A stretch of DNA of 63,714 nt, filler included, from Octopus bimaculoides (lineage: Eukaryota), in the NCBI RefSeq assembly GCF_001194135.2. It is 6 parts of 5 records of this genome, joined end to end, with 100 filler letters (N's around TTAATTAATTAA, not from the genome) between each part and the next. Parts side by side here need not be neighbours in the genome. Positions count along the whole stretch, not along the records: positions 61,604 to 63,714 come from NW_026307573.1; 5 more parts are not named here. One strand, written 5' to 3'. Shown here in pieces: positions 62,202-63,714 of the stretch. The notes under the pieces were generated by a model. That model made no database searches. It saw only the letters and a list, made by a program, of their open reading frames with translations, and was not told the origin of the DNA. The position numbers were made by a program, and so were the translations under genes. Position 1 is the first letter of the stretch, and each line of letters starts with the position of its first letter.

Positions 62202-63239
62202 NNNNNNNNNNNNNNNNNNNNNNNNNNNNNNNNNNNNNNNNNNNNNNNNNNNNNNNNNNNNNNNNNNNNNNNNNNNNNNNNNNNNNNNNNNNNNNNNNNN
62301 NNNNNNNNNNNNNNNNNNNNNNNNNNNNNNNNNNNNNNNNNNNNNNNNNNNNNNNNNNNNNNNNNNNNNNNNNNNNNNNNNNNNNNNNNNNNNNNNNNNN
62401 NNNNNNNNNNNNNNNNNNNNNNNNNNNNNNNNNNNNNNNNNNNNNNNNNNNNNNNNNNNNNNNNNNNNNNNNNNNNNNNNNNNNNNNNNNNNNNNNNNNN
62501 NNNNNNNNNNNNNNNNNNNNNNNNNNNNNNNNNNNNNNNNNNNNNNNNNNNNNNNNNNNNNNNNNNNNNNNNNNNNNNNNNNNNNNNNNNNNNNNNNNNN
62601 NNNNNNNNNNNNNNNNNNNNNNNNNNNNNNNNNNNNNNNNNNNNNNNNNNNNNNNNNNNNNNNNNNNNNNNNNNNNNNNNNNNNNNNNNNNNNNNNNNNN
62701 NNNNNNNNNNNNNNNNNNNNNNNNNNNNNNNNNNNNNNNNNNNNNNNNNNNNNNNNNNNNNNNNNNNNNNNNNNNNNNNNNNNNNNNNNNNNNNNNNNNN
62801 NNNNNNNNNNNNNNNNNNNNNNNNNNNNNNNNNNNNNNNNNNNNNNNNNNNNNNNNNNNNNNNNNNNNNNNNNNNNNNNNNNNNNNNNNNNNNNNNNNNN
62901 NNNNNNNNNNNNNNNNNNNNNNNNNNNNNNNNNNNNNNNNNNNNNNNNNNNNNNNNNNNNNNNNNNNNNNNNNNNNNNNNNNNNNNNNNNNNNNNNNNNN
63001 NNNNNNNNNNNNNNNNNNNNNNNNNNNNNNNNNNNNNNNNNNNNNNNNNNNNNNNNNNNNNNNNNNNNNNNNNNNNNNNNNNNNNNNNNNNNNNNNNNNN
63101 NNNNNNNNNNNNNNNNNNNNNNNNNNNNNNNNNNNNNNNNNNNNNNNNNNNNNNNNNNNNNTATGTATATATCGTTTGTAGAAACATAAATCCAAAAGAA
63201 GAAGCACACTCTAAGACGTTGGGTAGTATATATTAGAAA

Positions 63240-63447
63240 GGCGAGCTGGCAGAAACGTTAGCACGTCGGGCGAAATGCTTAGCGGTATTTCGTCTGTCTT
63301 TACGTTCTGAGTTCAAATTCCGCCGAGGTCGACTTTGCCTTTCATTCTTCGGAGTCGATAAATTAAGTACCAGTTGTGTTCTGGAGTTGATCTAATCGAC
63401 TAGCCCCCTCCCCACAAATTTCGGGCCTTGTTCCTAGAATAGAAAAG
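63240..63447 (+). mobile_element. Young SINE B with a 15-bp TSD
   Basis: TSD AGTATATATTAGAAA at 63225-63239 and 63448-63462. Confidence 0.93.
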
Positions 63448-63459
63448 AGTATATATTAG

Positions 63460-63577
63460 AAATGGGGAAGGCCGATTTTTAAGGGAGAGGTTTTTGACAT
63501 CTGATGATACGCCATAAAGCTAAACCCTCTATGGACGGGAAACGTAAGGTAATCCCATAAACCGGCCTTCCCCATTT
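63460..63577. mobile_element. 118-bp mini-MITE with perfect 15-bp TIRs
   Basis: AAATGGGGAAGGCCG (63460-63474) and CGGCCTTCCCCATTT (63563-63577). Confidence 0.75.
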
Positions 63578-63714
63578 TCAATCTATCTATACTTATATAT
63601 ATATATATATACACACACACACATATATATATATATAAATTTAAAGAATGGAGTAAAACGCATATTTGCTACCCTGGTATCTATTAACCAATTTGTTTTG
63701 TCCGAGTTATTTAT

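Noticed and set aside
1087-63236. Long ORFs made of X residues
   Set aside because: They only span N gaps.
63500-63560. CTGATGA...GAAAC...GTA inside the mini-MITE as a hammerhead
   Set aside because: Stem I has only 2 bp and stem II is out of register.

Overview
Eukaryotic (animal) draft-assembly window with about 6 kb (about 9%) of N gaps. It is extremely rich in microsatellites and old transposable-element debris. The tRNA/CORE-type SINE families, the microsatellite load and the gap style resemble a coleoid cephalopod (Octopus); this is inference, not a database result. No intact protein-coding gene can be recognised by homology, and almost all listed ORFs are microsatellite or N-gap artefacts. 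Supported elements: two deleted mariner copies, two DD37D/maT-type fragments, a decayed Mag-like Ty3/Gypsy element plus a second LTR with a tRNA-Trp PBS, five RTE LINE 3' fragments, an R4/Dong-type and a HERO-type RLE LINE, two Penelope-like GIY-YIG fragments, Buster- and Tip100-type hAT transposase remnants, a Helitron PIF1 helicase fragment, a Helentron-type HINE, several MITEs and dozens of SINE copies (labelled A-F here). Best leads: (1) a complete type I hammerhead ribozyme (15024-15152, minus) whose stem II carries an 86-nt structured insert; (2) a CpG-depleted domain (about 22.3-57.8 kb) that looks like a methylated gene body and coincides with a phase-compatible chain of minus-strand small exons (low-confidence host gene); (3) SINE head/tail module swapping at one shared GTTGT breakpoint; (4) fold-back junctions in a mariner copy and at an R4/GIY-YIG junction.
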